Assembly: GCA_964016885.1 (NCBI GenBank)
Contig: OZ024743.1
Coordinates: forward strand, 22,506,001-22,570,000
Origin: Eledone cirrhosa
Taxonomy: Eukaryota
Direction of reading: 5' to 3'
Length of the DNA: 64,000 nt
This document shows positions 11,949-24,782 of the stretch, piece by piece. Made by a program: the position numbers and the translations under genes. Below the pieces are notes generated by a model, which had not been told where the DNA came from, ran no database searches, and saw nothing but the letters and a program-made list of their open reading frames with translations. The number at the start of each line of letters is the position of its first letter. Position 1 is the first letter of the stretch.

Positions 11949-12253
11949 ACACACACATTCATATATATATATATATATACACATACATACACACACACAT
12001 ATATATACATACACACACACATACATACACACACACACACATACACATATATACATACATACACATATATATACATACACACATATATATACATACACAC
12101 ATATATATACATACATACACATATATATACATACATACACATATATATACATACATACACATATATATACATACACACACACACACATATATACACACAC
12201 ACACACACACACATACATACACATATATGTACATACACACATATATACATACA
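11949..12253. repeat. (TA/CA/TACA)n microsatellite
   Basis: Directly visible. It forms the 3' flank of the RTE element. Confidence 0.95.
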
Positions 12254-15200
12254 CATCATCATCATCATCATCATCAGGTTTAGCGTCCGTGTTCCACGCT
12301 TGCATGGGTTTGGACGGGGGTTTTCCCACTTGAGGCAAGAGTGGTTGTTTTGCTCGCATAGGACTGTCTGGCGGGTTTTCTACAGTTGGATGCCCTTCCT
12401 AACACCAACCACATTTACAGTGTGGGGCTGGGAGGTTTTTACCGTGTTGCCTACACGGCCACATTACAGCGTGGACTGTCTGGCGGGTTTTCTACAGCTG
12501 GATGCCCTTCCTAACACCAACCACATTTACAGTGTGGGGCTGGGAGGTTTTTACCGTGTTGCCTACACGGCCACATTTACAGCGTGGACTGTGTGTTTTT
12601 TTGTCGTGACACCTACACGATCTCATTTGTTTCGGCCTGGATGTTGTGGGACCAACATAATTGTACATTGAAAGGGGCGGTGTGGATGGGGTGGAGGTGG
12701 TGGGACGGGGGGTGTTTTGATAGAGATGCCTACTGACTGTAGTAGGTTTTTACTTTGTATTTAGGTAAGGCGGGTCTTCTCTATTACTGAGTACCGCCAA
12801 AGGTCTCGGTCCAGTGACATTGTCTTGGAGAGGTGTAAGCGTGTGAGGTCGGAATTTATCAGCTCGTCCCATGTTTTTCTGGGTCTGCCTACTCCGTGGC
12901 TACCGTCTATCTTTATTGCCCTGCACTTTGTTATACAGCTGTCGTCTTTCATGCGCATCACGTGACCGTACCAACGTACCCTTCTCTCGAGTAAACAACA
13001 TCTGATCCCTCTTATTTCTAATTTTTTCCTTAGTTCGTTTATGCTTTGCCGTTCACGTATATTACTATTGCACATCCAGCGGAGCATGCAAGCTTCGTTC
13101 CTCTCTAGTCTGCGTATATCCTCTGCACACAATGCCCAGGTCTCACTGCCATGCAGCATTGCTGTTCGTATGCAGGCATCGTATAACCTGCCTTTCATTT
13201 TTAGGGAGAACCCTCTAGCGGCTAATAGTGGTATAAGCTCTCTGAACTTTTTCCATCCAGTTCTGACTCTAGCTACTGTACTTTCAGAGCACCCTCCCCC
13301 ACTGCTGATTTTGTCACCCAGGTAACGGAAGCTGTCCACTATTTCTATAGAACCCTCTGCGCAGTTGAAGGAGCTAGTATTTTGTGGGCACTTGCTGCTA
13401 CTTATTGCACCAGAGCACCGGCCACATGTAAAATCTATGTTCTTAGTTAGCTTACCTGTGATCCCACTACATCTTTTATGCACCCATACTTTGCATTTGG
13501 GACATAAAATGGAGTTTCTACCTACGCCTTTCCTACACACTGAGCATGGCCATTTCCCAGATGGGACTGCCGCCATATTTTCTTTCCTACAAACTAGAAC
13601 TTTTGTCTTAGCCAGGTTAATTTTAAGGCCTTTTGATTCTAGGCCGTGCTTCCATGTTTGGAATTTCTTCTCTAGTTCGGTCATTGATTCAGCTATGAGG
13701 GTTAGATCATCTGCGTATAGGAGTTCCCATGGGCAGCCGGTCTTGAACTCCTCTGTTATAGCCTGAAGGGCAATAATAAATAGTAGGGGGCTAAGAACAG
13801 AGCCCTGATGGGCAATAATAAATAGTAGGAGGCTAAGAACAGAGCCCTGATGGACACCAACTTTTACGCTAAACTCTTCACTATATTCGTTGTTAATTCT
13901 AACCTTACTGACTGTTTCTTTATAGCTCTCACAAGCCATTCGTCAACACCTAGTTTTCTAAGAGACCACCAGATAATGGAACGGGGGACTCTGTCGAAGG
14001 CTTTCTCCAAGTCGACGAAAGCTAAGTATAGGGGTTTACTTTTAGCTAGGTACTTCTCCTGTAGTTGTCGTACAATGAAAAGAGCGTCTGTGGTACTTTT
14101 GCCTGACACAAATCCGAACTGCATTTCATCTAGATCAATTCTCTCTCTGATTAGTTGCGCTATTACTTTTTCCGTGACCTTCATGACCTGGTCGATTAAT
14201 TTAATGCCTCTATAGTTACTCCTATCTAGGGCATCTCCTTTTCCCTTATAGCAGTTAACGATGATGCTGCTACGCCAGTCCTTCGGAACAACCCCATTCT
14301 GTACGACTTGGTTAACTATCCGGGTGACCATGGTGTGTCCCACCGAACCAGATGCCTTCAGCATCTCAGCAACTATTTCCGAAGGACCAGCCGCCTTACC
14401 CGTCTTCATATCTTTGATTGCCTTGCTTATTGTACTTCCCTGGACCAACACTGCTGGTCCCTCTATTGGGTCGATGTGGGGGAGACTGTCTTTCTCCCAT
14501 TTGTTCTCCTCATTTAGAAGCCTTTCGTAGTGACACTTCCAAGCTACCTTCTTATCAGTGTCGGTGATGGCAAGTATGCCATCATCGTTAAGCACACACT
14601 TCTCCCCGACAATATCACGGTTTTCCTTGACACATTGCCTGGCAATCCTGAACACCTCACGTTTTTGGTCCTCACGTTGTAGAACATGCTTGAACTTTCT
14701 TTCCTCTGCTTCCCTTCTTGCGAAGTACACTTGTCTCCTAGCTTCCCTCCTAGCTACCTGATAGTCTTCTCTACTTCCCCCATCTCGCCATGCTTTCCAA
14801 GCCTGCTTTTTGGCCTTAATTGACTCCTCCACCTTACTGTTCCACCACCATGTTACTCTCCTCCTACCTACAGGCCTGCTCCAGCCACAGACTTCGTCTG
14901 CCGCCGTCAGCAGGTTTGCTCTCAGGAATTCCCACTGTTCCTCTATATTATACGACTCTAATTGCTCTGCCTTACTGTCGAAAGCGTCAAGTAATATGCT
15001 TTGAAATTTATTTCTGGCTATGGGGTCCTTTAGCTTCCATATTTTTCTCCTGAGGATAGTCCTCTTCCGCTGTCTAGTACGTCTCGTCCTGACTATGAGG
15101 TCGCTAATTATCAGTCTATGTTGGGAGGTGAATTCTTCATGGGGGAGGGATTTAGTGTTAACAACAGACACTCTGTCACGTCTTCTGGTAAGGATATAAT

Positions 15201-16253
15201 CTACCTGGCTTGTGTGTTCCCCCGATCTATAGGTGATCAAGTGATTGTCTCGTTTTTTGAAGTTAGTGTTACAGATAGTTAAGTTATTTGCGTCGCAGAA
15301 TTCCAGGATTCTGGAGCCTTCCTCATTTCTAGTACCGAACCCATAGCCTCCATGGATTCCGTCATAGCCGTCACAATGCTGTCCAACGTGACCATTTAGG
15401 TCGCCTGCAATAACTATATAGTCACTGTCGGTTATTTGGGAGGTAGCGAGCATCAGTGTCTCGTAGAATCTGTCTTTTATAGCACCGGGCAGTCCGGATT
15501 GTGGTGCGTACGCAGATATTACTGTCACCGTAGTTTTATTGAGGACAAGTCTTATTTTAATTATTCTGTCGTTCATTCTATTTACGTCTATTATCTTATC
15601 TGCCCACTTTTCTGCTACCATGATTCCTACCCCACCCAACCCATTGTCATTTCCCACCCAGAAAAGCTTATAGCATCGTTCTTTACCCACGATCTAGCCG
15701 ACCCTCCCCTCCACCTGGTCTCTTGAATACAACAAACATCGACCTCCTTACGTTCAAGCATTTCTACAACCTCGTTAGAGCGACCCTTTAAGGTGCCTAC
15801 ATTCATGGTACCAACTCTGAAGTTTTGGATTGCGTTTGGAGGGTGGGAGCGGTGGGGCGCGGGGGGGATGGGGTTATGTTAGCCATCCTGGGCCGAAACA
15901 AGGCGGAGTGCTTGCATTCTCGTCCACGAGGTGAATTTGTCTTTATCTTTGGCATTGTCGCTGAGCGTCCACATTTTTCTCTCTTCAACTCTCCAGAATT
16001 CCGTAGTCCATCCATCATATCGAAAAGCAACCAGTTAGGCAATAGTATAGGCCTCTGACTTATGATTGGTCCACGTAATAATGGTGGTGCGTGGGGGCGG
16101 GTGGGAGGGATGATGTGTTGTTAGCGAGAATGTAAGGTTTAAGATAAGATCGCCGTATTTTGGGCATAATTTAACAATAAACGAAAATACAAGATTTGTT
16201 TTGTTTAAGAAAATACGATAGAGAAAATGCGGTGATAGGGAAAATATGATTTT

Positions 16254-16256
<3 letters not shown>
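12254..16256 (-). mobile_element. RTE-clade non-LTR retrotransposon, near full length
   Basis: Single APE+RT ORF, a 3' UTR with a 112-bp internal duplication, a (GAT)n tail at 12254-12276, and a ~450-nt 5' leader. Confidence 0.95.
12761..15806 (-). pseudogene. RTE APE-endonuclease/reverse transcriptase ORF, frameshifted
   Basis: APE motifs MNVGTLKGR..IQETRW, SAYAPQ, GDLNGHVG, QVDYIL, SQHRL. RT motifs NYRGIKL, QFGF, FVDLEKAFDRV, HQGSVLSPLLF, LYADDL, FRYLG. A PHD-like Cys cluster and the RTE C-terminal GRPRKTW. Frameshifts near 15692 and 13920; stop at 12761. Confidence 0.93.
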
Positions 16257-16291
<35 letters not shown>

Positions 16292-16854
16292 CATATATAT
16301 ATACATATATATACACATATATATACATATATATATATACATACACATATATATATACATATACATACACATATATATACATATATATATATACATACAC
16401 ATATATATACATATATATATATACATACACATATATATACATATATATATATACATACACATATATATACATATATATATATACATACACATATATATAC
16501 ATATATATATATACATACACATATATATACATATATATATATACATACACATATATATACATATATATATATACATACACATATATATACATATATATAT
16601 ATACATACACATATATATACATATATATATATACATACACATATATATACATATATATATATACATACACATATATATACATATATATATATACATACAC
16701 ATATATATACATATATATATATACATACACATATATATACATATATATATATACATACACATATATATACATATATATATATACATACACATATATATAC
16801 ATATATATATATACATACACATATATATACATATATATATATACATACACATAT
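16257..16854. repeat. (TA)n plus about 16 perfect copies of the 30-mer ATATATATACATATATATATATACATACAC
   Basis: The 60-nt lines from 16381 to 16800 are identical. Confidence 0.95.
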
Positions 16855-19800
16855 GGTGGCTGCCAACTCGTTTTCGAGTACGGCCACTACTTTATATCCA
16901 TGTAGGAGAACCCCTACCGATGCGCTGAACATACACATATATATATACATACACACATACATGTGTGTATCTATATAGACATACATGCTTCTAGACATAC
17001 ACCCACATATATTTACACACACAGTAAGTTACGCAGTAATTCATTATTTACATCATCTTGTTCCTTCCCTTAAATCTATGTCAAGTTGTCTGACATTTAG
17101 TGATCTCAACACCACAACTTTTGTCACATTGAAACTAAACTTTTATGAATGACCATAATTTTTTTTTCCTTTTCCCCCCCTTTTTTTTTTTTTCAACTCA
17201 CACAGAGTATTTTATATCTGCTTGGTTGTAACTTTGAACATAGTTTATTTTTCTTTCTTTTTTACAGAAATAGTAAATCCATTTTTTCTTTGTTTTTCTT
17301 TGTTTTTCTTTTAATTGATTTACATCTATTTTTCAATGCTAAAAGAAATCAAAGGATTTTGTTCATTCGGTCATTTATATCTTGTTACAGCAACTAATTT
17401 TTTATAATTAAATGCCAATCCTTTAGTTAATGACGTAATCATAAAATAGAAATATAAAGTATGTTTGTTAGACAGACAGAGAAACAAGTGGAGATGTTGG
17501 TGGTAGAACAACTAAAATAACTGAAGTGGTAGTTATATTTGATACCATAACCAAGTAAGTAGTCAAAAGTCAATAGAAGAGCAATAACCTTATAACCATT
17601 GTATGTCTAGAAAATCTTTTTTTCTCTATACATTTTCTGTATCAACATAATTAAGGGAAATAATGTTTGCACAATTCTTTTGCATGTTTAACTTGCTCAA
17701 TGCAGACTAGCAACCAAAAGCAGCCAAATGCCACTTAAAACATACTTTACTATCTACAAAATAGAAGGACACATTGAAGAATGTAGCTATGGATAGCTAC
17801 AATGTCTGAAAATTAGATTAGATGGCCATAACTGGAATGCTTTGATCATTTGCCTACTTTATCAGAACTGACCATGTGTTAAACAGCAACAATGACAATT
17901 TGTCAGCTATATGTTCTTTATAGTATGAATAAATATTTCTACTTGTTTTACAAGCTTGAGACTTACAAAGTTATTCCTTAGACTGATACCAAAGTGTTAG
18001 TTTTTATTATGCTTGAGTATCCTAGTCTTAACTAAATTGAGCCATTGTAATACAGACTGAAAGAAATCTGGCACAACAAGAGCATGAGCTGATCAAGAGA
18101 TATAAATAATACAAAACTGGCAGTCTTGATAACATATAATCTTCACTTGAATCAAAAGTATGATGCTGTATCTATGTATTCTTTCATAGGTTTCAGTCTT
18201 TGACTGCGGCCATGCTTTTTTTCTTTTTTTTTTTCTTAGATATTAGCTCAGTACTTATTCAATCCCAATTTATTGAATGGTTAAGTTACATTTTGACAAA
18301 GGACAGCATTGATTTACATCAGTATACACAAACATAAACACAACCACACAGACACACACACACATAAATACTAACACCACCGTTCACACAAATGTACCAT
18401 CATTGTTTTTATGTCAACTTTTCTATGCTGGCATTGGTTGCACTGAAGCTTTTGAAGCAGTGTTTATGGCTGGATACCCTTCCTGATTCAAAAACCTATA
18501 ACTGCTTTTTGCAACATACAGGAAGATATATGTGTTTTGTGCATGTGTAGCTTTATATCAACAATAATTAAATCAGGCAATGATGTTTACTTATGTCCCA
18601 TATAACAATACGTTCTGAAACTTTGGGGTCCTATGAAGGTCAGTAATATATATACCACATTTAAAAATAGAGTATAGGATAGCATCAATAAAGGCATCTT
18701 CAAAAAAGTCTCATCCAACCCATGCCAACAAAGAAGAGTGGACATAAAAACAACGATGACTGACTTCTATAGAGTTGCCATCTTCGAAATCTGATTCCAA
18801 AGACATTGATCAATGTGAGGCTACATACAGTGGAAGATATTTTCCCCATGGTTCATCATAGTCGGACTGAATAAAAAACTCAATGCTTGTTGATAAAAAT
18901 TCATTACTATATAGCCATGCCTCTGCCTAAAAGTAAAAGTGTGGGCTAGAATTAAGGGATGTAGATATGGCCAAATCAATAAAATACTTGAGAACCAGCC
19001 AAGAGGTCTGTAGTTCATATCTTACCTCTAGCACCATGTGTTTTAGTACTAAGAAACTTAACTTGCAAATAGCTTAGTACAAGAGGAAGAAGATAGGTAC
19101 CACAGAGTAAAAGTAATGCATATCTAACAGTACCAAGTTTAGTACCTATTGTAGGTAACACAACTTTGTAGTCAACCTCAGATCGGCGAACTTTATTTGT
19201 CGTACCATACCTTTCTAATAGAATCAGCCATTGTCTCTGATTTTGAGCATCATGTAAAGGCGGATGAACAATATCTTACCAATGTTAAGTTGATCAGGAA
19301 AAGTTTTCCCTGCTAGGATGAATTCCTCACTATAAAGTATTCTACACTTTTTCTTTTTTACTTTGTTCAGGAATAAAGGGCAGTGCCTATAACCTTTTCC
19401 AGGGCCTCAAAGACAGACTATAGGAAGAGAGGAATATATCCTCAAACCAAGTACCATGTCCAAATGAATGCAATGTAGCAAGTTCAACTAAAGACACCCA
19501 AAGATCAGGTGGTGGTTATAAACTGTGCAACAGATTATATCTACTCCCCAAGTGAGCCACAGCAAGATTTGGATTCAGAACACAAAGAAGAAGAGGAAAT
19601 ACTGCAAACATTCTGTCCAATGCTCTAATGATTTTGTCAGTCTCCACCTTAGACTGGTATTTTATTTGTCGACCCTAGAATAAGGCAAGCAAAAATGTTC
19701 AATTTTCTAACAACCCTGCCAATTTTCTCTCTAATACTGTAACAGAACAAAGAAACATGTAAAACCACATAGTTGGATGCAAGGAGTTGTAGATAATAAA

Positions 19801-20030
19801 ATGGATATGAAATAAAATGTGCTTGAGCACATTGAAAATTTAACCCAAACAATTACTCAAAAACATGTTAGAAATTAGTTTGTAAGGAAAATAAATAAAT
19901 AAACAAACATGTTGGAACAGAATAGTTTGTTAATGTTTAAAACTTGGATCAAAATAGAAAAGTGAAATATAAGAAGGATTGGCAAATTTTACATTAAGTT
20001 AATTCTTTTATAAAACCAAGGAAAATATAC

Positions 20031-20192
20031 CTTTTCATCTTTTACATCAAAAGGTTCATCTTTCCCACTGAACTTGTTGACTGTCTGTGCAACACCAATC
20101 ACTTCACCATCTCGATCTTTAATTGGCATGCTGAGAATACTATGTGTCTTATAGCCAGTCTTCAGGTCAATCTCATCATTAAAGCGAGGATC
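20031..20192 (-). CDS. PDE11A: Internal coding exon (162 nt, phase 0-0) of a GAF-domain cyclic nucleotide phosphodiesterase, PDE11-like (PDE5/11 group), GAF-A domain
   Basis: Translates to [54 protein letters not shown], which matches the PDE11/PDE5 GAF-A pattern (D.RFN.EID..TGYKT.S.L.MPI....GE.IGVAQ.INK...F...DE, the NKFDE motif). Acceptor TTTCTTTCTTTATTTCCAG|GAT and donor AAG|GTATAT. PDE11 versus PDE5 is judged from recalled similarity only. Confidence 0.9.
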
Positions 20193-20947
20193 CTGGAAAT
20201 AAAGAAAGAAACAAAGGATAGAAATCACATTTATTCAAAATCTAAAACATCTCAAGAGCGAACCAATTAAAATATTCTATGTTGCAAATATTGAACAAAT
20301 TCATAATTAAAAATATTTGTTGTTTTTGTTTGCTATAGATCTCAAAACAAAATGAATGCAAATGAAATTGAAGCCAACCAAATAAACTGCAGCTAATTAT
20401 AAGATGTTGCATAGAAAGATAAAATTAGTTCATTTCATGCTAACTTCTTTTCTAATTCAAAAGTTGGTATCAGAAAAAAAAAACAAATTTCAAAGACTAT
20501 TTATCTGCCTGAAGCTAAACCTACATATTTAATCTTATAAAGTATTTCAATGCCAATTGTTAATGTTGCAGTTTAAATACAGAGTGATATTTAAATATAT
20601 GCTCTGTTACCTACTTTAAGATTAACAATTTGAAATTCATGTGCTAAATGTGTAGGAATAAATCTGCTAGAAAGAAGTTAAGTGAAATTCACAACTTTAT
20701 TTGGTCTTACAAAAATCAGTAACTGCTATTTATAATAGTTTCATTTTGAATCATTAGTTTTGCCCATGGACACATGTATTTATATGATATCTTACTTATA
20801 AAAATGTAAAAAGGTTTGAAGCTCAGAGAAAATATCTTAATGGCCCACATATTGGCAACCTTTGTTCTAGACAGAAATATATATTTCAAACTTGATTGAC
20901 AAACTAAATCAAAAACATTACAAATTAACAAGAACACTTATAATAAT

Positions 20948-21129
20948 AATTGTTTCTATGTTTGGCACAAGGCCAGCAATTACCCAGTGCATTACTGGTA
21001 GTTTATTTTATCGACCCCGTAAGGATGAAAGGCAAAGTTAACCTCGGCGGGATTTGTACTCAGAAGGCCGTAACTCTATGCGTCAAAGCATGGGGTCCGA
21101 CCCTCTACCGATACTGCCAATCCACCGCC
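20948..21129 (-). mobile_element. SINE-A directly downstream of the Tx1-like LINE tail
   Basis: Full-length copy with (AAT)n on both sides. Confidence 0.92.
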
Positions 21130-21449
21130 ACAAATAATAATAATAATAATAATAATGATTTCTTTATTGGCCACAAGGGCTGACATCAAGAAAAACATTA
21201 CAGACAGCACAGGACGGTACGATGTGGGTTTTGTGCGTGTAAAGATTTTTATTATTTATATAAGAAACGAAGAAAAAAAAAGACATAGAAACATATATAT
21301 ATATAAACAATAAAAATGAAAATTGAAACAATGAAAAATTCCCCAATAGGGGGGAAAACATCCGAGAGTTACACGTGGCGAAAACCACACAAAAGACCAG
21401 GGCCACCCTGACCACCAGGGTAAGTGCCCTCTCTCAATTTTTCCATTTC

Positions 21450-24400
21450 TCAAACTACAGGCGTATACTCGGACCATTCTCGCTACATTCACCCACCTTT
21501 CAACAAATTTGATTTTCCTGATTTTCCTCTTCAAGTGAAACTTGAAAAAGTTAATTAGGGATTCACCGAAGAGGAAAGTGTCTGTCTTTAACCCTTTCAA
21601 CCTTGTCTACCACATAATCTCATTCGCCATGGCCACCAGGCAGATGAAAACTGCCTACTCCTCCTGCTTGAAGGAAGACGGCGAGACCATCTGCACAATG
21701 GACTCAGTCGATAACCGGATCAGTCCTACACATGACAGCAACTGTTCGACATAGCTCCACAAGTCAGCAATGCTCGGGCACTGAACAAGTGCGTGCACGA
21801 CAGTTTCATCGCTCTGCGCTCATCTCGGACAGGCTCAGCTGACGCAACTTCCGTGCCTGTAGAGCTTATCTCGAACCGGCAACGATCCCCGGTAGCACTG
21901 CCAGGCCAGGTGTTTTTGGAAGTTATCCATAGGCCCTGGGCTGAAAGTTCTCCGGAAGAGAGCAAACAGCTGATCTTCTTCGACACCCAGGATCTCTCTG
22001 AGAACGTCGTCGATCTTCTCCTCCACTAGTCCTCTATAGAACGCCGAGGTGGATGACCACCGATACTGGTGCCCAGCTGGCAGAGAGTGCCTGGAGACAT
22101 TCCAGTTTCCAAGCGCTATCCCTCGGTCTTTTTCTGACCCAGGACTGCAGCTCCGTCAAGGAGACGAGCTGTGGGAAAACGTACCTGGTGAATGGCGACC
22201 ACACCTGTTCACCATCAATGTCGCAGCCTCAGTGCATGTTTGTGCGTCATCAGCGATGGCATACCCAGTCCTCCACGCAACAGGTGTTGACAGTAGATGG
22301 ATCGTCTGACCTTGGGAGCGCGTCCCTTCCACAAAAAGCGGAAGAGGAGGCGCTCCATTTTGGTGAGAGTTGGGCCGGGGCAAGGGATGATGGTGAGGCG
22401 GTAGCAGATGACGGATGCGATCTACGCATTCGCCACCTCCGCCCAGCCTTTCAAGGACAGCTTCCTCTCGGCCCATTTCTGGGTGAGGGAGGCCACATTG
22501 CACATCACCTCGCTCCAGTTTTTCTCCATCTGAAGGTCCGGTCCGAACCAGACCCCGAGCAATTTAAGCGGTCCGTCCGTCCAACGTGCCACGACGCTGT
22601 CGGACAGTATGAACTTGCCTCTCCAGGTGCCAAGCTGCAAGCCCACCGACTTTTCCTGGTTTATCTTTGCTCCTGTCACCGCTTCATATTCCTTGAGAGC
22701 AGTGCCGAGCATCTGGATGTGTCTGGTGCTCGACACCACTACGGTGAAGTCGTCGGCACAAGCCGCGTCGGATTTCCCGAATCAGATTTTCGCGTGGGAC
22801 GCCCCTCATTGCCCCCAGTTTGTGCAGTAACAGCTCGAGAGCCAATACGTACAAGAGGGATGAGAGGGAACAACCCTGGTGGACCGAGCGCATGATGCTG
22901 AATGGCTGCAACAGGTGACCATTCACCCTCACAACTGAGCAGATGTCACTGTACATCGCAACGATCCAACCCCTGAAAACGAGCCTGAAACCGGCTGCCT
23001 CGAGGACCGCCGCCAGGTAGCGATGGTTGACCCTATCGAATGCTTTGGATTGATCCAAGTTGATCAGGGCCCCACCCGTGCCAGGTTCCTTAACCACCTT
23101 CTCGATGATGTATCGCATGAGGTGGCGGTTTTCGTGTATGGATCTGTCAAGAATGTCACATGTCTGTAATTCTCCCACCAGACCCTTGACGACAAGAGCC
23201 AACCTCGTTGCTAACACCTTGGCCTGAGGTTATCGATAACATGCCCCTTGTTCGGGTCTTTTCTCAGCAATGCCACCGCTCCCCGGCTCACAAAACTGGG
23301 AATGCTCTCGTTCTGCTGCCAGTTGCAGTAGACGTCTGCCAAGAGGTCACCGAACAAGTCTGGCATAAATGCATAAAGCTCGTACGGCAGACCATCCAAA
23401 CCTGGCGATTTACCCCTCGTGCAGTTAGCTATCGTTTCCCGCATTTCACCGGCTGTTATTGGCTTTTCGCAACACTGTGCTGCGGTTGCCAAGAGCCGAG
23501 GCAGTCCGTCGAGGTATGCACTGAAGTCCATACCCCGATCCGGCCTGCCGCTGCTCCCGAACAGTTCAGCAAAGTGCTGCTGAAAAGCTTCACACATCTG
23601 CTCGGGTTCGAGCAACACGCGCCCGTTTTGGTCAGATAAAGATCGAATTGTGGCTTTGTTTCCACGCCGTGCCTTTGCCACCCGGGCCCATTGGACGGCT
23701 TTTGTCCCCACGTGTTTCAGAGCATGCGCTCTAGCTCTGACAACGCAGCCTTCGTGTTTTGCGTTGAAGAATTGGTCGAGTGCCAATCTCGCCGCAAGCA
23801 CGTCGGTTGCGATGCCTGTCCTAAACGCCTTTTCTAGCTTTCTGACTAGCTCTCCCTCTACCCTATTTTCCTCTATCATTAGTCCTTTGATAAACCTAAT
23901 CGAATCTACTTTAATTGCCCTTTTCAGGGCGAACCACCACCTGTTGTTGACGACCGCTCCTGTCAACGCCCGCTTAACTAATACGCTAATCCGGTCTCTG
24001 TAGGCTTTGCGCGCCGGGAAAGACGTGTTCAGCTTCCAGTAACCAGGCCCTTGTCTATGAAGTCTGTCTATGTCGATCTCACAGATCACAAATTTGTGCT
24101 ATGTGTAGTCGACTATTTTAAATTGTGGACAACTTATACTAGCCGTATCTAGTCCTCTGCAGAATACCCTATCGCGATACAATCTGGATGACCCGATGCG
24201 GTTTGTCCATGTCCACATTGGCACATTCGGGTGATCCAGACGATACCTGTCAGACAGTTCAAAACGTCTCAGCAGGTTGGTGAGGCTCTTGCACCCTCCT
24301 CCCCTATCCACAAGCCCCACACAATCCCAGCGTGAATCCAAGATACCGTTCCAGTCGCCCACTAACTCTAAAGAGCGGGACGTTCTAAGAAAGGTTTCTA

Positions 24401-24782
24401 GACGTCTGAAGAAATCTGGCCGCCCTGTCCTTTTCGGGGCATAGACGGCTACTAGCCTGAAAGCGTTGCCTTCGGTGCCGCTTATGTCCAGCACCACCAA
24501 CTCACCTTCTGGGTCCAGGAAGATGGTCCGCATGGCGAGACCCAAGCCTTTCCGAAACACAGCCACTCTGCTCCCGGACGGCTCGGAGATGCGTACACCT
24601 CGTAACCGTCGAAGATCGGTGCGAAAGCTTGCGTTTCGGAGATTCTCGTCTCACTGATGGCCACCACTTCTATGTTTAGTGACCTGAGGTCGTTAAGCAA
24701 GTGACCCTGCTTCCAAGTGACCCTGCTTCCAAACTGAGCTCAAGCAACGCACGTTTACATTTTCGATCCTGAATACGACCAT
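21450..24782 (-). pseudogene. Tx1-like ORF2 (APE endonuclease, reverse transcriptase, C-terminal CCHC finger), multiple lesions
   Basis: Begins MVVFRIENVNVRCL (ATG at 24782), then AISETR, VAVYAP, GDWN, GPGYWKLN, KSPGLDGLP, LDQSKAFDRVNH, QGCSLSSLLY, CADD (for YADD), KLLGVWF and CPR*..DETVVHALVQCP. A 16-bp duplication at 24701-24732 and other frameshifts or stops break the frame. The 3' end is approximate. Confidence 0.9.

Noticed and set aside
15803-16042. uORF whose TGA overlaps the RTE ATG (ATGA), suggesting coupled translation
   Set aside because: Conserved-looking residues (FRVGT) precede that ATG in frame, so a frameshift in this decayed copy is the simpler explanation. The family consensus is needed to decide.
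16035-17022. YI/VY/HT-repeat ORFs (also at 11933-12671, 37314-37574, 38912-39493, 47254-47703)
   Set aside because: These are translations of dinucleotide microsatellites.
19989-20228. The full 79-aa ORF as the coding unit
   Set aside because: Only 20031-20192 is GAF-like and bounded by AG/GT. The remainder is intron read-through.
22053-22895. 280-aa plus-strand ORF and other antisense ORFs in the LINEs
   Set aside because: They are antisense shadows of GC-rich ORF2 with no recognisable motifs.
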